Source: Bacteroidota bacterium
GTDB taxonomy: Bacteria > Bacteroidota > Bacteroidia > Chitinophagales > BACL12
Direction of reading: 5' to 3'
Assembly (NCBI GenBank): GCA_016124275.1
Contig: WGOA01000037.1
Location: 2,690-66,689 of the forward strand
Length of the DNA: 64,000 nt
The position numbers and the translations under genes were made by a program. This document shows, piece after piece, positions 28,732 to 38,719 of this stretch; within the stretch, counting starts at the first letter, position 1; the number at the start of each line of letters is the position of its first letter. The notes below the pieces were generated by a model. That model was not told the origin of the DNA, ran no database searches, and saw nothing but the letters and a program-made list of their open reading frames with translations.

Positions 28732-29991
28732 TTACTTGACTACTTCAAACGTCATCGCTTCGGCTTCGCCAATGCGGACAAAGTACATGCCGTTGGTGTA
28801 AGCAGTAACGTCCAGGTTGATGGACTGTACCCCTGCGGCCACGCTAACCACGCGGCTTTCGATCACGCGACCCATCAGGTCAAGTACCGTCATGGTGGTT
28901 TCCTGATCCTGAGCGGCATTCAGTTGAATGGTCAACTGGTTGGCAGCCGGATTGGGGAACAACGTGGGGTTCAGGTCCAGCATGGAAGCCTCGCGGGCCA
29001 CAGGAATGCTGAAGGTATCGCCGTAAGCGCTGTAAGGGCTAACAGCCAATGGGGTGGTTGTGCAGGCACAACGCACGCGCCAGGTCCAGGTGGTACCTGC
29101 TCCTGCAACAGCGAAGGGAACGTTGGTGGTGTTGATGACCGCACCGGTTACGTTCACGCTGGGCTGAGGACCCGTAGGAACACGCTTACCGCCTACTTGG
29201 CAAGCCACAGCACCAGCTTGTGGAACCCAGTTCAGCTGAACGCGGTTGGACAGCACGGTGTGTGCCTGACCGGTTGGTGCAGCGGCAGTGGAACAACCAG
29301 CAGCTTCGATATCGTAGCATACGGCGTTGGATACCGTGTAGCAAAGTTCTGCGCCGCCGGTACAAGGCGTTCCGCTGGCAATCAGCGGGTTGATTTCAAC
29401 GTCAATGGTAGCCAGCAGCGATTCCAGCGAAGGCGATCCGCCCAGCGCGTTAACCACGTTGAACACATCGTTGAGGTTGTTCACGCTGGAAGGGCCAGTA
29501 ATGCCAGCAGCGTTCAACAACGCGCAAACATCACCCAGATCCGGCACGAAAGTGGGGATCAGGTCACAACATGGTGTGAAGAGGAATGAACCGTTCAACA
29601 GTTGGTCAACGGCATTGCGGATGACCGCGCGATCATAGCTGATGTAGTACATGCAAACCTGGTCGCCATCACCCAGTCCGTAGGTGGAAGGGTTGAACGT
29701 ACCGGTCAGGTTTGCGGCCAAAAAGCGACCACCAACGATGGTGGAGTCGCCGTTGTACACCAAATCATTCGGGTTGAACAGCGCGTATTCGCGGTTGGGA
29801 AGGCCTGCCGTGTAGCCAGCAAGGGATGGAGGCACGATCGGGGAGCCCGGTGCAATAGTTGTCGAGCCTGTGGCGGTCAGCGTACCTGCGCTGGCCAGTG
29901 TGCGCCCGCAGTTAACGGCCTGAGCCTGCATGCTTATGGAAGCCAGGGTAATGGCCGCCACGGAAGCTGTGCGTAGAAGAAAATTCTGCAT
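28732..29991 (-). CDS. Secreted Cys-rich protein with a T9SS C-terminal sorting domain
   Basis: Signal peptide MQNFLLRTASVAAITLASISMQAQA. The C-terminus LFPNPAANQLTIQLNA...TVLDLMGRVI...NGMYFVRIG is CTD-like. Confidence 0.7.
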   Translation of the reverse strand: MQNFLLRTASVAAITLASISMQAQAVNCGRTLASAGTLTATGSTTIAPGSPIVPPSLAGYTAGLPNREYALFNPNDLVYNGDSTIVGGRFLAANLTGTFNPSTYGLGDGDQVCMYYISYDRAVIRNAVDQLLNGSFLFTPCCDLIPTFVPDLGDVCALLNAAGITGPSSVNNLNDVFNVVNALGGSPSLESLLATIDVEINPLIASGTPCTGGAELCYTVSNAVCYDIEAAGCSTAAAPTGQAHTVLSNRVQLNWVPQAGAVACQVGGKRVPTGPQPSVNVTGAVINTTNVPFAVAGAGTTWTWRVRCACTTTPLAVSPYSAYGDTFSIPVAREASMLDLNPTLFPNPAANQLTIQLNAAQDQETTMTVLDLMGRVIESRVVSVAAGVQSINLDVTAYTNGMYFVRIGEAEAMTFEVVK

Positions 29992-30128
29992 AGGTGAAAG
30001 GGTTGGTTAGTTGGTAAGATGATGGAAACAAGGGCCGGTCTGGATTTTCTGGCCCTAACCAGCCTCAAAATACGAAGTCTGGGGAAGCATCCAATGCTTT
30101 TGGCAGGAAAGTTATCCTGTAGGGCCCG

Positions 30129-32516
30129 TTAAAGGGTCATTCGGTACTGCAAACGGAAATTTCGCGGAGCATCGAGTTTGCCCACACGCAACGCATACTC
30201 CCGATCCGTTGCATTGCGGACCAGCACGGCAATGCTGGTGTTTTCGGTCGGGGCGAAAGCTAACCGCGTGCCGAGGATGAGATCGCCCTGGTTGTGCGAT
30301 TCCCGAAACTCAGGAATGCCCGGGGGAATGCCAAAATCTTCGAACACCGGGTCAATTCTCTCCATATAGGAGTAAAAATTAATATCAGCGCCCACCCGCC
30401 ATTTGCGCCACACCACTTCGGCATCCAGCCGGGCCATGTGGCGGAACCGGTACTTCAGTAAACCGCTCAGAAATGCGGAATCTGCCTGCCCAAAACCGCG
30501 TACGGCATTGGATAAAAAGGTACCTGCATTGCGGTTGGAGGAATCAGCGGACAGGTCGGCCGGGTACACGTAATTGTAGCCCCCGATCAGGTTGAGTTGA
30601 ACCTGGCCGATGGTTCCACTGCCCTGCACGGTAAACTCACTGCCCAACATGCGCGCACGGCTGATGTTAATGGTTCTGAAACCCAGCCCTCCGGCACCGG
30701 GACCACCCCAATTGTCAAAGACAAACTCAGACATGTCGAAGTACTCGGTCCAATACACAGCCACGTCGGCATAACCCTGCCAATTGCCCGCGGTAATGGT
30801 GCGTTTGAGGCCCAGTTCGCCGTTCCAGCCGTACTCCGGTTTAAGCGTGTCGTTGGGGTAAATGCGAAGGGCCCCAACATTGGTGCTGCTGTAACGCTCT
30901 ACCAGGCTGGGGAAACGATAGCCCTGCCCAAACGAAGCTCGCAAAAATACCGTCGGTGAAGCCTGGTGGTTCAGGCCCGCTTTGAGAATGGGTCTGCCCG
31001 TACCCGATGCGCTGTCAGTATCATAAAATTCCATCCGGAACCCAAAATCAGCTTGCAGGCGGTTGAAAAACTCCTTGTCCACCTGAAAGTAAACGCCGCC
31101 TAAAACACCCGTGTGCGCACCCAGGTTGCCGTCCCGAACCCGAAAGTAAAAACCCTGAAAACCTGTCGTGACATTCACGGATTTAAAGAACGGCTTCAGG
31201 TAGCGGTAGTCAATATTGCTGAGCCATGAGCCGCCGTTGGTATCCGGATAGGTGGTGTAGTTGTTGTACAAACGTCCTTTAACGCGATGCGTTCCCCCGG
31301 CTTTATCAAAGGCTGTGAGGAAGGGATCCAAACTCAACCAGGCGTATTTCCAATCCAGAAGCGTGGTCAGCGGGGCTTCGGTGCCACCGAATGGCTGGTA
31401 GGCCCCGGAGTCTTCGTTGGCCCAAATGAGGTAAGAGCTCTCGTCGTTGTACATGCCCATGAAACCCAAACCATAACTCAGGTTATCATTTTTTTTAGGT
31501 CGAAAACGCAGTTTCCCGTGCAGGCGGGCCCGCGTGTTTTCCTGCCCTTCCAGGTGGGTCAACTCGCGCGAACCGTGTGCGCCCAACACCAAATCCATCC
31601 GGTCAAACTTGCGGCGATGCCAGAGGTTGGCCCCGGCGGTATAGGGAGGAAAATCCCACCACTGCCGATTGGCAGAATCAGGGCGGCCGTAAACGCCCGT
31701 GTACACTTCCACGCCGGTCTCCGGTTTGGAACCCGGCCAAACGGTGCGCACGTGGATGACTCCGTTCAGTGCAGAGGCCCCATAAAGCACTGAAGAGGCG
31801 CCTTTGATCACCTCAATTTGCTCCACGTTTTCCATAGGAATGAACGCCCACTTGGCATCGCTGCGGTCGGCAGTGAGCATGGGCTGATCGTCCAGCACCA
31901 GCAATACGCGGCTTCCGGCACCATAGGTAAACCCTGTTCCGCCGCGAATGTTGGCCTGCCCGTCCAGCAGGTAAACGCCCGGGGCTCGTTGGAGGGCATC
32001 GTTTAACGTGACTGAATTGGTGTTGGCAATGAGCCGCGATGGCAAAACATCAATGGAAATAGAGGTCTCCTCAAGGCTTTTCTCATACTGGCTGGTGGAG
32101 ATGACCATCACCGCCAATTCCTGGGTTTTGGGAATCAGTTGCAGATCCAACTGCCGCTCTTCGCCCGGCATCAAAGACACCGTGCGATTCTGGGGTTCGT
32201 AACCCAGGTAACTCACCGAAAAGCGCTGCCGGTCCGGATCCAGCGCGAGGCGATACCTACCTTCTAAATCTGTGGTGGTCCCTGTACTGTCTTCCAACAG
32301 CAAATTCACGCCCAACAACGTCTCGCCGGTTTCGCGATCCGTTACCGTACCATACAATATGGATTGTTGCGCAGAAGCATTGGCCGTGTAGAGAAGACCG
32401 AACAAAAGCAACACAACCAGCCTGGCGTGCTGACGCAAAACACTTCGCAGGCCAAATTCAAGAGCAAGAGAGAGAGAGCGGGGAAACAGGGGGTACTGCG
32501 ATTGGAGCATAGGCAA
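30129..32516 (-). CDS. TonB-dependent receptor
   Basis: ILYGTVTDRETGETLLGVNLLLE (CarboxypepD_reg), IEVIKGASSVLYGASALNGVIHV (plug), and a C-terminal aromatic-rich barrel ending in RMTL. Confidence 0.85.
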   Translation of the reverse strand: MPMLQSQYPLFPRSLSLALEFGLRSVLRQHARLVVLLLFGLLYTANASAQQSILYGTVTDRETGETLLGVNLLLEDSTGTTTDLEGRYRLALDPDRQRFSVSYLGYEPQNRTVSLMPGEERQLDLQLIPKTQELAVMVISTSQYEKSLEETSISIDVLPSRLIANTNSVTLNDALQRAPGVYLLDGQANIRGGTGFTYGAGSRVLLVLDDQPMLTADRSDAKWAFIPMENVEQIEVIKGASSVLYGASALNGVIHVRTVWPGSKPETGVEVYTGVYGRPDSANRQWWDFPPYTAGANLWHRRKFDRMDLVLGAHGSRELTHLEGQENTRARLHGKLRFRPKKNDNLSYGLGFMGMYNDESSYLIWANEDSGAYQPFGGTEAPLTTLLDWKYAWLSLDPFLTAFDKAGGTHRVKGRLYNNYTTYPDTNGGSWLSNIDYRYLKPFFKSVNVTTGFQGFYFRVRDGNLGAHTGVLGGVYFQVDKEFFNRLQADFGFRMEFYDTDSASGTGRPILKAGLNHQASPTVFLRASFGQGYRFPSLVERYSSTNVGALRIYPNDTLKPEYGWNGELGLKRTITAGNWQGYADVAVYWTEYFDMSEFVFDNWGGPGAGGLGFRTINISRARMLGSEFTVQGSGTIGQVQLNLIGGYNYVYPADLSADSSNRNAGTFLSNAVRGFGQADSAFLSGLLKYRFRHMARLDAEVVWRKWRVGADINFYSYMERIDPVFEDFGIPPGIPEFRESHNQGDLILGTRLAFAPTENTSIAVLVRNATDREYALRVGKLDAPRNFRLQYRMTL

Positions 32517-32636
32517 GATAAATCTCAGGGCTATTCCACAAAGCTTGCAGAAAAAGACCCGTCAAAACTGCATCAAAATGGCCGAAGCAAAAAAAGGGCG
32601 GAATATTGGCTGGCTGAACCGTCATTTGCGTTATCC

Positions 32637-33404
32637 ATGCCTTCATTACTGACCTATGCTTTCCTGTTGTTGCTGGTTTTGTTGAGCAGTTGCTCGGAGC
32701 CGCCGTCCAATGCACCCGATCCATTGACCCGCGAAGCCATCCTGACGCGAAAAAAAGCTGCCCTGGAGCGCTTTCGGCGTATCCCGGTCCGCGAAGAATA
32801 CGGCGGCCTCGCTGCCGATATGCACCGTGTCGGCCTGGTCAATGTGCAGGACATGGACCCGTCCATACAGGTCAGCCTGGCCTACGCTACCCCGAACAAC
32901 TTTCTGGACACAGCCATTTATGGCGATCTGAAACAGGCCTTTTTACTGCTGGAAGCTGCCGCCATGCTGAGCATGGCCCAGGACGAGCTTAGCCGCAGGC
33001 ATCCGGGCTACCGGCTGCTGGTGTACGATGCAGCGCGTCCAATTCGGGTGCAACAAGCGATGTGGGACCAGGTGCAAGGAACCCCGGAGGCGCGCTATGT
33101 GGCCAACCCGGCCCAAGGCTCCCTGCACAATTACGGAGCTGCTGTTGACCTGACCATTGCGGATGCCCTTGGTCAGCCGCTGGACATGGGAACCCCCTTC
33201 GACCATTTTAGCGAAATGTCGCAGCCCAGGCACGAGGAACGCTTCCGCAAGGCCGGAAAACTGTCCAAAACGCAGCTCGCCAACCGAAAATTGCTCCGGG
33301 AAGTCATGAAATACGGGGGATTTCAAGGTATCCCAAACGAGTGGTGGCATTTTAATGCGTTCAGTATCAAACAAGTACGAGAAAACTATACCGTCATAGA
33401 ATAG
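32637..33404 (+). CDS. M15-family D-alanyl-D-alanine dipeptidase (VanX/DdpX-like) lipoprotein
   Basis: The internal ATG at 32637 gives MPSLLTYAFLLLLVLLSSCSEPP. GSLHNYGAAVDL (SxHxxGxAxD) and EWWHFN are present. Confidence 0.75.
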   Translation: MPSLLTYAFLLLLVLLSSCSEPPSNAPDPLTREAILTRKKAALERFRRIPVREEYGGLAADMHRVGLVNVQDMDPSIQVSLAYATPNNFLDTAIYGDLKQAFLLLEAAAMLSMAQDELSRRHPGYRLLVYDAARPIRVQQAMWDQVQGTPEARYVANPAQGSLHNYGAAVDLTIADALGQPLDMGTPFDHFSEMSQPRHEERFRKAGKLSKTQLANRKLLREVMKYGGFQGIPNEWWHFNAFSIKQVRENYTVIE

Positions 33405-33538
33405 TTTTATTACGCGTATTTACGCGCAGATCAACACCCTTCGTGTCATTCTGACAAAAATTGCTTTTGCAAAGTGAATTGCCGACATTTATCGGGTCGG
33501 ATGGCTTGGGCTTTCCGTGTTGATCCATCTCTCTCTTT

Positions 33539-34693
33539 ATGAATCTGACGCAGCAGCTCTTCTCAAAACTGCCGCATTCCACCCAGTTGACCATCGCTAA
33601 CCGCTTGCTGGATTACAACATCCTGCACCGGCTTCCCCTGTTCCGAATGTTTTTCCACACGCTGGAATCGTTTGGTGCCGACCGCGATGAGATGATTCTG
33701 GCGTTGGAGAATGCGCGAAACTTTAACGGATCGTTTCACAGTTCCTGGTATGATTTAGGGCGAAACTTGTTTCGCGAAGCACAAGAGCACGAGGCTCAGG
33801 ACGATCCCTACACGGCCAAAGACAAATACTTGCGCGCTGCCATTTACCACCTGGTGGCCGATTGGCCGCTGGAACGCGGCCCGCTCAAACGGCGCAATTA
33901 TGAACTGGCCCTGGATGCTTTTGAATCGTTTAAGCGATTTCACATTCCGCAGATCCAAAAAGTGGATTTGCCCTTTCCCCGCGGCAAGCTAAAAGCCAAC
34001 TTGCGCTTGCCCGAAAACATGGACAAACCCTGTCCGGCGGTAGTCATCTTCCAGGGAAATGATTCTGTAAAAGAATTTATGGTCTTTGTGGAGGATTACG
34101 CGTTGGAGCGCGGCATCGCTACCTTGAGCGTTGATCAACCCGGCTTCGGCGAAAGCGGCATGACCGGCAACTTGTTGGACTCCGAGCGCGCGGCCCGGCT
34201 GTGCATCGGCAGCGCCTTCCGCTTTATGACCCAGCACCCCAGCATTGACCACGACGCGGTCGGTGCATTCGGCTTCAGTTTCGGTGGTTTTACTTCGCTG
34301 TACAGCGCAGGGCTGAGCGACAAAGTTCGCGCAGTAGCCACCATCGGCGCGCCTATGCATTTGCGCAATGTGTATAAAAATTTATCGGTTATGATGAAGC
34401 AGCGCACCTTCCAATGGTCCGGCTGCAGCACCGATGAAGAAGTGTACGCCATGCTGCAAAACATGGACGTGGCCAATGTCGTCAGCCGCATCCAGTGCCC
34501 GGCCTACATCATTCACGGCGAAGAAGACGAAGTGGTTGACCGCAAAGAAGCCCGCTCCATATGCCAGGCTATCCAAGGGCAAACCACGCTGGAATTCGTG
34601 CCCGGAGCCGACCATACCTGCTCGGTGCATCTGGACGAATTGCTGCCCCGCGTTTTTGACTGGATGGGCGAGCAGTTGCGGTCCAAAGCCTGA
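33539..34693 (+). CDS. Alpha/beta-fold hydrolase
   Basis: Nucleophile elbow GFSFGG, HGEEDEVVD and GADH give a Ser/Asp/His arrangement. Confidence 0.65.
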   Translation: MNLTQQLFSKLPHSTQLTIANRLLDYNILHRLPLFRMFFHTLESFGADRDEMILALENARNFNGSFHSSWYDLGRNLFREAQEHEAQDDPYTAKDKYLRAAIYHLVADWPLERGPLKRRNYELALDAFESFKRFHIPQIQKVDLPFPRGKLKANLRLPENMDKPCPAVVIFQGNDSVKEFMVFVEDYALERGIATLSVDQPGFGESGMTGNLLDSERAARLCIGSAFRFMTQHPSIDHDAVGAFGFSFGGFTSLYSAGLSDKVRAVATIGAPMHLRNVYKNLSVMMKQRTFQWSGCSTDEEVYAMLQNMDVANVVSRIQCPAYIIHGEEDEVVDRKEARSICQAIQGQTTLEFVPGADHTCSVHLDELLPRVFDWMGEQLRSKA

Positions 34694-34729
34694 TTCAGCT
34701 CTCGCATCACCTTTAGATTTCTGCACCCC

Positions 34730-36802
34730 GTGCTCCTGCCCGCTTTCCCCGATTGGAACAATGGTGTCATGGAGATCAGCTGGCAAAGCCCCAACGGCGT
34801 TGTACCGCTGGCGGGATTCTGGCGCATACCGCTGGCAGACGCGCTGTCGCAGGGGCAACTGGACGCGCACACCCTGCAGCATTTTTCGGGCGAAGGGCCT
34901 CCCCCTTCGAGCAACGACCTTCCGGAATTTCTGCTCCGCGTCGCCTTAACCCCAGAAGGCTGTGGCTGGCGTTTTGCAGTGGTGCTCGAAGCAGAACGAG
35001 CGTTCCAAATCAGCAAGGTAAGGTTGGTAATGCCAGCAAAAGACGGGATTCCCGACGCTATGTTTTGCAATGGTTGGCAAAGTTGGTCCGAGAGCCGGGA
35101 ATTCGGCATAACAGAACGTATGCATTCCCCCCGCTGGATTGCCCGCAAGTTGTTTCATCCTTACGGCGATGGCGTTGCGGTGGCCTCCAGCGGCAAACCC
35201 GGTGCGTTGCACAGTTGGTCCTGGACTTCCTGGCCTGCGCAAAAATCTGGTGGTGGTGGTGCTGGTGGCGCTGGTGGTGGCGGTGCTGGTGCTGGTGCTG
35301 GTGCTGGCGGTGCCGGTGCTGGTGCTAGCCCATGGCATCAACCAAACAACATCGGCTTCCTGGGCAGCCTGAACGAGCAGGATGCCTACACCTGTTTTGC
35401 GCTTCAGGCAAGGGCTGCTTCGTTTACCATAAGCCGGGATATCCCGCTAAACTGGGAAGCCTCCGAGCAACTTGCCACAAGGCCCCGAGCGCCCTTCGCC
35501 CGAACCTTGCTGGCGCTCTTTTGGGCAGAGGGCGAAGAACATGCGGTTTATGAGGGTTGGTTTCAGGCTATGTCCTGTAAGGCCAGACCTGCCCCGGCGC
35601 TGACCACGGGATGGACCAGTTGGTACCGGCACTACAACCGCATCAGTGCCGCGCTGCTGGAACAAGAAATGCAGGATTTGGCGCAACAGCTGCCCCGACC
35701 GGAGTGGTTTCAAATTGACGATGGCTGGCAGCCCAGCATCGGCGATTGGACCAGCACGCGCCCCTCGTTCCCGCATGGGCTTAAACCCCTTGCTGACCAG
35801 GCCAAAGCGCTTGGCTTCAAACCCGGGCTTTGGTTGGCGCCTTTTGTGGCCGAAAAGCGCTCCGAATTGCTGCGCAAGCACCCGGAATGGGCGGAGCGCG
35901 ACGAGCAGGGAAATCTGGTTCCCGCTGGATTTAACCCGTTGTGGAGCGGCACGTTCTACGCGCTCAATCCAGACCATGCCGGTCTGCGCGACCATTTGTG
36001 CCGCGTATTTGAAACCGTGCTGGACCATTGGGGTTTTGAAGGACTCAAGCTGGATTTCTTGTACGCGGCCGGGATTCAGCACCGCGAAGGGCGTTCACGG
36101 GCAACGCGAATGCGCAGCGCCATGCAGTTTCTGCGCGATGCCGCCGGCGATCGCTTTCTTTTGGGTTGTGGTGTTCCCTTGGCTCCTGCATTTGGCTTGG
36201 TGGACGCCTGCCGGATCGGGGCAGATGTGCATTTGGCCTGGGAGCACCGCTTGTTGGCTTTATTGCGCAACCGCGAGCGGGTTTCCACACGGCTGGCTGT
36301 GCTGACTGCTGTAGGTCGCCGTGCATTGAACGGGCGGGCGTTTGCCAATGATCCCGATGTGTACCTGATGCGGCGCAACGACCCGGACGTAAAGCTCTCC
36401 GAAGCGGAACAGTTTACCCTGCTGCTGGTCAACCGGTTGTTTGGCAGCGTCTTGTTTCACAGCGATGCCCCGGCGGATTACCCCGACGCTGCACGGACAT
36501 TGCTGCAGAACCTGTTGCTTCCCACGACCATTAGCGCGGTGCGCGTTCTTTCATGCCCGGCGGGAGAGACGTTGGCTATGCCTGCGGAACAGGTCGCCGT
36601 AGCTTTTTTGGGCGAAGGGCTACTTTGCCTTGCGCTGCTGAACCTCAGCGATGCACCATGGTCCACTCGCCTCGAGACCTGGTGCGGAGTATCTGGAAAG
36701 GCAACGCCGATATGGTACACAGCACAGCAGCCGGTAAGTGGCTGGGAACCGATACGATTAGCTCCGCATCATTCCAGTGTTTTCAGGCTGCAGGGCTATT
36801 GA
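34730..36802 (+). CDS. GH36-like alpha-galactosidase (melibiase family)
   Basis: GWTSWYRHYNRIS...WFQIDDGWQPSIGDW...KPGLWLAPF...LKLDFLY are classic GH27/36 catalytic-domain motifs. Confidence 0.7.
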   Translation: MLLPAFPDWNNGVMEISWQSPNGVVPLAGFWRIPLADALSQGQLDAHTLQHFSGEGPPPSSNDLPEFLLRVALTPEGCGWRFAVVLEAERAFQISKVRLVMPAKDGIPDAMFCNGWQSWSESREFGITERMHSPRWIARKLFHPYGDGVAVASSGKPGALHSWSWTSWPAQKSGGGGAGGAGGGGAGAGAGAGGAGAGASPWHQPNNIGFLGSLNEQDAYTCFALQARAASFTISRDIPLNWEASEQLATRPRAPFARTLLALFWAEGEEHAVYEGWFQAMSCKARPAPALTTGWTSWYRHYNRISAALLEQEMQDLAQQLPRPEWFQIDDGWQPSIGDWTSTRPSFPHGLKPLADQAKALGFKPGLWLAPFVAEKRSELLRKHPEWAERDEQGNLVPAGFNPLWSGTFYALNPDHAGLRDHLCRVFETVLDHWGFEGLKLDFLYAAGIQHREGRSRATRMRSAMQFLRDAAGDRFLLGCGVPLAPAFGLVDACRIGADVHLAWEHRLLALLRNRERVSTRLAVLTAVGRRALNGRAFANDPDVYLMRRNDPDVKLSEAEQFTLLLVNRLFGSVLFHSDAPADYPDAARTLLQNLLLPTTISAVRVLSCPAGETLAMPAEQVAVAFLGEGLLCLALLNLSDAPWSTRLETWCGVSGKATPIWYTAQQPVSGWEPIRLAPHHSSVFRLQGY
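35249..35326 (+). repeat. In-frame GGT/GCT microsatellite encoding 26 consecutive Gly/Ala residues inside the GH36 gene
   Basis: ggtggtggtggtgctggtggcgctggtggtggcggtgctggtgctggtgctggtgctggcggtgccggtgctggtgct translates to GGGGAGGAGGGGAGAGAGAGGAGAGA. Confidence 0.95.
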
Positions 36803-36929
36803 ACCCCAGGGGCGGATAGCTGCCGATGGAACGCGCTAAACCTGCCGTTGCCATCAGAATAACTTTTTATATGGAATTAGGGTTGCCCTGCAAACAGGTG
36901 CCCTTCCCCCGACATAAATTAACGTATGC

Positions 36930-37490
36930 TCATGAGTGAAAAAACAGAAAGAAAACAAACAGATAGATCCATAGTCCATCTACTACATGCCAATACTGAC
37001 TGACCATTCGCAACCTGCGGGCGCGTGAAGCGTCACTGAAAAACAGGAGCGATTGGATGTCATCGCGGGTGCAGCGCAGGGCGGTTTGGAGGCTGAAGCC
37101 CAAAAACACCAACCCGACCGCTACGTGTGCCGCGTGGAGCCAGGAAATGAGATAGAGGTAGCTTGCTGATGGATTATTGGTCAGGGTATTGCCCGTTGCA
37201 GCAAGCTGATTCCAACCGATAAATTGCGAGAGCAAAAAACCAATGCCCCCGGCGAATGCAAACCACAACCCGCGGCGCAGGGCCTTGCTGTCATCGTTCC
37301 GGTATCCTTTACGGGCATACTGAAAAGCGGCGCTGGTTCCGACGAGCAATAAGGTGCTCAGCCAAAAAGTTTTGGGCAGGTTGAACGTTTCCCAATTTTC
37401 GCTGAGCCTGCGTCCGAAAGTATAGGCAAACGTGAGGCCCACAAAAAGCAGGCTGATGGCACCCAACGCCAGGTTGAGCATGAAGTCCAT
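36930..37490 (-). CDS. Cytochrome c oxidase subunit III-family membrane protein (stand-alone)
   Basis: HAAHVAVGLVFLGF and YWHVVDGLWIYLFVFFLF are subunit III signatures. The start is uncertain (37559 or 37490). Confidence 0.6.
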   Translation of the reverse strand: MDFMLNLALGAISLLFVGLTFAYTFGRRLSENWETFNLPKTFWLSTLLLVGTSAAFQYARKGYRNDDSKALRRGLWFAFAGGIGFLLSQFIGWNQLAATGNTLTNNPSASYLYLISWLHAAHVAVGLVFLGFSLQTALRCTRDDIQSLLFFSDASRARRLRMVSQYWHVVDGLWIYLFVFFLFFHS

Positions 37491-37775
37491 GGCCTTCTCC
37501 TGCGTCTGCCGGTACTCCGAGGTAGTGGGAACAGTGCGTGTTTGGTGTTGACCGGGCATGGAGCTTAAGCGTTGTGGGAGTGTTCAAATGCAGCGGTTGC
37601 TGCCAGCAGAAATCTTTCCTTTGTAAGAGCAGGGTTAGAGGTAAACGCTTAAAAGCGTCCTGTAGTTCGAAAAGGTGGGCGTTTTTGCGTCAGCTTACCA
37701 ATTATCGGACAATCAGGGCATATCTGCAACCTGACAGGGCAGGCATGCGCCGTATCTGGTTTTATCTTTGCGCGC

Positions 37776-38660
37776 ATGTCTATCGTTGAAACTTTAGTAG
37801 ACCTGCTCCGGCTGGAACAACTGGAGCACAACTTGTACCGCGGCCAAAGCAGGGATATTGGTACCAAGGATGTTTTTGGCGGCCAGGTGCTGGCACAGGC
37901 TTTGAGCGCAGCCATCCACACGGTCGAGCCCGACCGGATTGTTCACTCGCTGCACGCGTATTTCATCCTGCCCGGCGACGTACAGGCTCCCATCGTGTAC
38001 CAGGTTGACCGGATTCGGGACGGGCGCAGCTTTGCCACCCGGCGGGTGGTAGCCTTGCAACACGGACGGGCCATTTTCTTCATGTCCTCCAGTTTTCAGG
38101 TTCCGGAAGAAGGGGCTTCGCACCAGATGCCGATGCCCAAGGTGAAAATGCCCGATGAAATCCCATCGCTCAAGGAGCTCTTTAAAGAGCCCCCCAAGGG
38201 CTTGCCAGAAGTTTTGCGCCGCTACTTTTCGGAGGAGCAACCTGTGGAATTCCGGCCTGTTTCGCTGGACAATCCCTTTGCGCCGGTGCCTCGCGAGCCC
38301 TTCAACCATGTGTGGTTTCGGATAACGGATCGGGTTTCAGACGACCAGGCGTTGCACCGCATTCTGCTGGCCTATGCCTCAGACTTTAACTTGCTGGGGA
38401 CCGCCATGCGACCCCATGCGCTTTCGGCCGCACAGCCCGGCGTAAAATTGGCCAGCCTGGATCATGCCCTGTGGTTTCACCGTCCTTTACGCGCTGATGA
38501 ATGGCTGCTCTACGCGCTGGATAGTCCCAGTGCTTCCGAGGCCCGCGGCTTTTGCCGGGGTTCGGTGTTTTCAGAAGCCGGGGAATTGGTAGCCTCCGTG
38601 GCCCAGGAAGGCCTCATGCGCGTGAGCGACCCTAAACAAAAGGAGCACAATCCGCAATAG
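37776..38660 (+). CDS. tesB: Acyl-CoA thioesterase II
   Basis: LLRLEQLEHNLYRGQSRDIGTKDVFGGQVLAQAL, DRIRDGRSFATRRV and a double hot-dog length. Confidence 0.8.
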   Translation: MSIVETLVDLLRLEQLEHNLYRGQSRDIGTKDVFGGQVLAQALSAAIHTVEPDRIVHSLHAYFILPGDVQAPIVYQVDRIRDGRSFATRRVVALQHGRAIFFMSSSFQVPEEGASHQMPMPKVKMPDEIPSLKELFKEPPKGLPEVLRRYFSEEQPVEFRPVSLDNPFAPVPREPFNHVWFRITDRVSDDQALHRILLAYASDFNLLGTAMRPHALSAAQPGVKLASLDHALWFHRPLRADEWLLYALDSPSASEARGFCRGSVFSEAGELVASVAQEGLMRVSDPKQKEHNPQ

Positions 38661-38719
38661 CTGATCCACCAAAGCGCCAGAACATTTTCGTCCATCGCTG
38701 GTTTAATTTTGGTTCACTC

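Noticed and set aside
32364-32636. N-terminal extensions of track ORFs (32364, 21033, 45699, 51847, 59040, 10610, 54394, 57761, 3896)
   Set aside because: In each case an internal ATG yields a canonical N-terminus (signal peptide or a conserved family start). The upstream part overlaps a neighbouring gene or is low-complexity basic sequence.
34753-35341. ORFs with bizarre Trp/Cys-rich (WWWCWWRWWWRCWCWCWCW) or Thr/Ser-rich repeats
   Set aside because: They are alternative-frame and antisense readings of the GGT/GCT microsatellite inside the GH36 gene.
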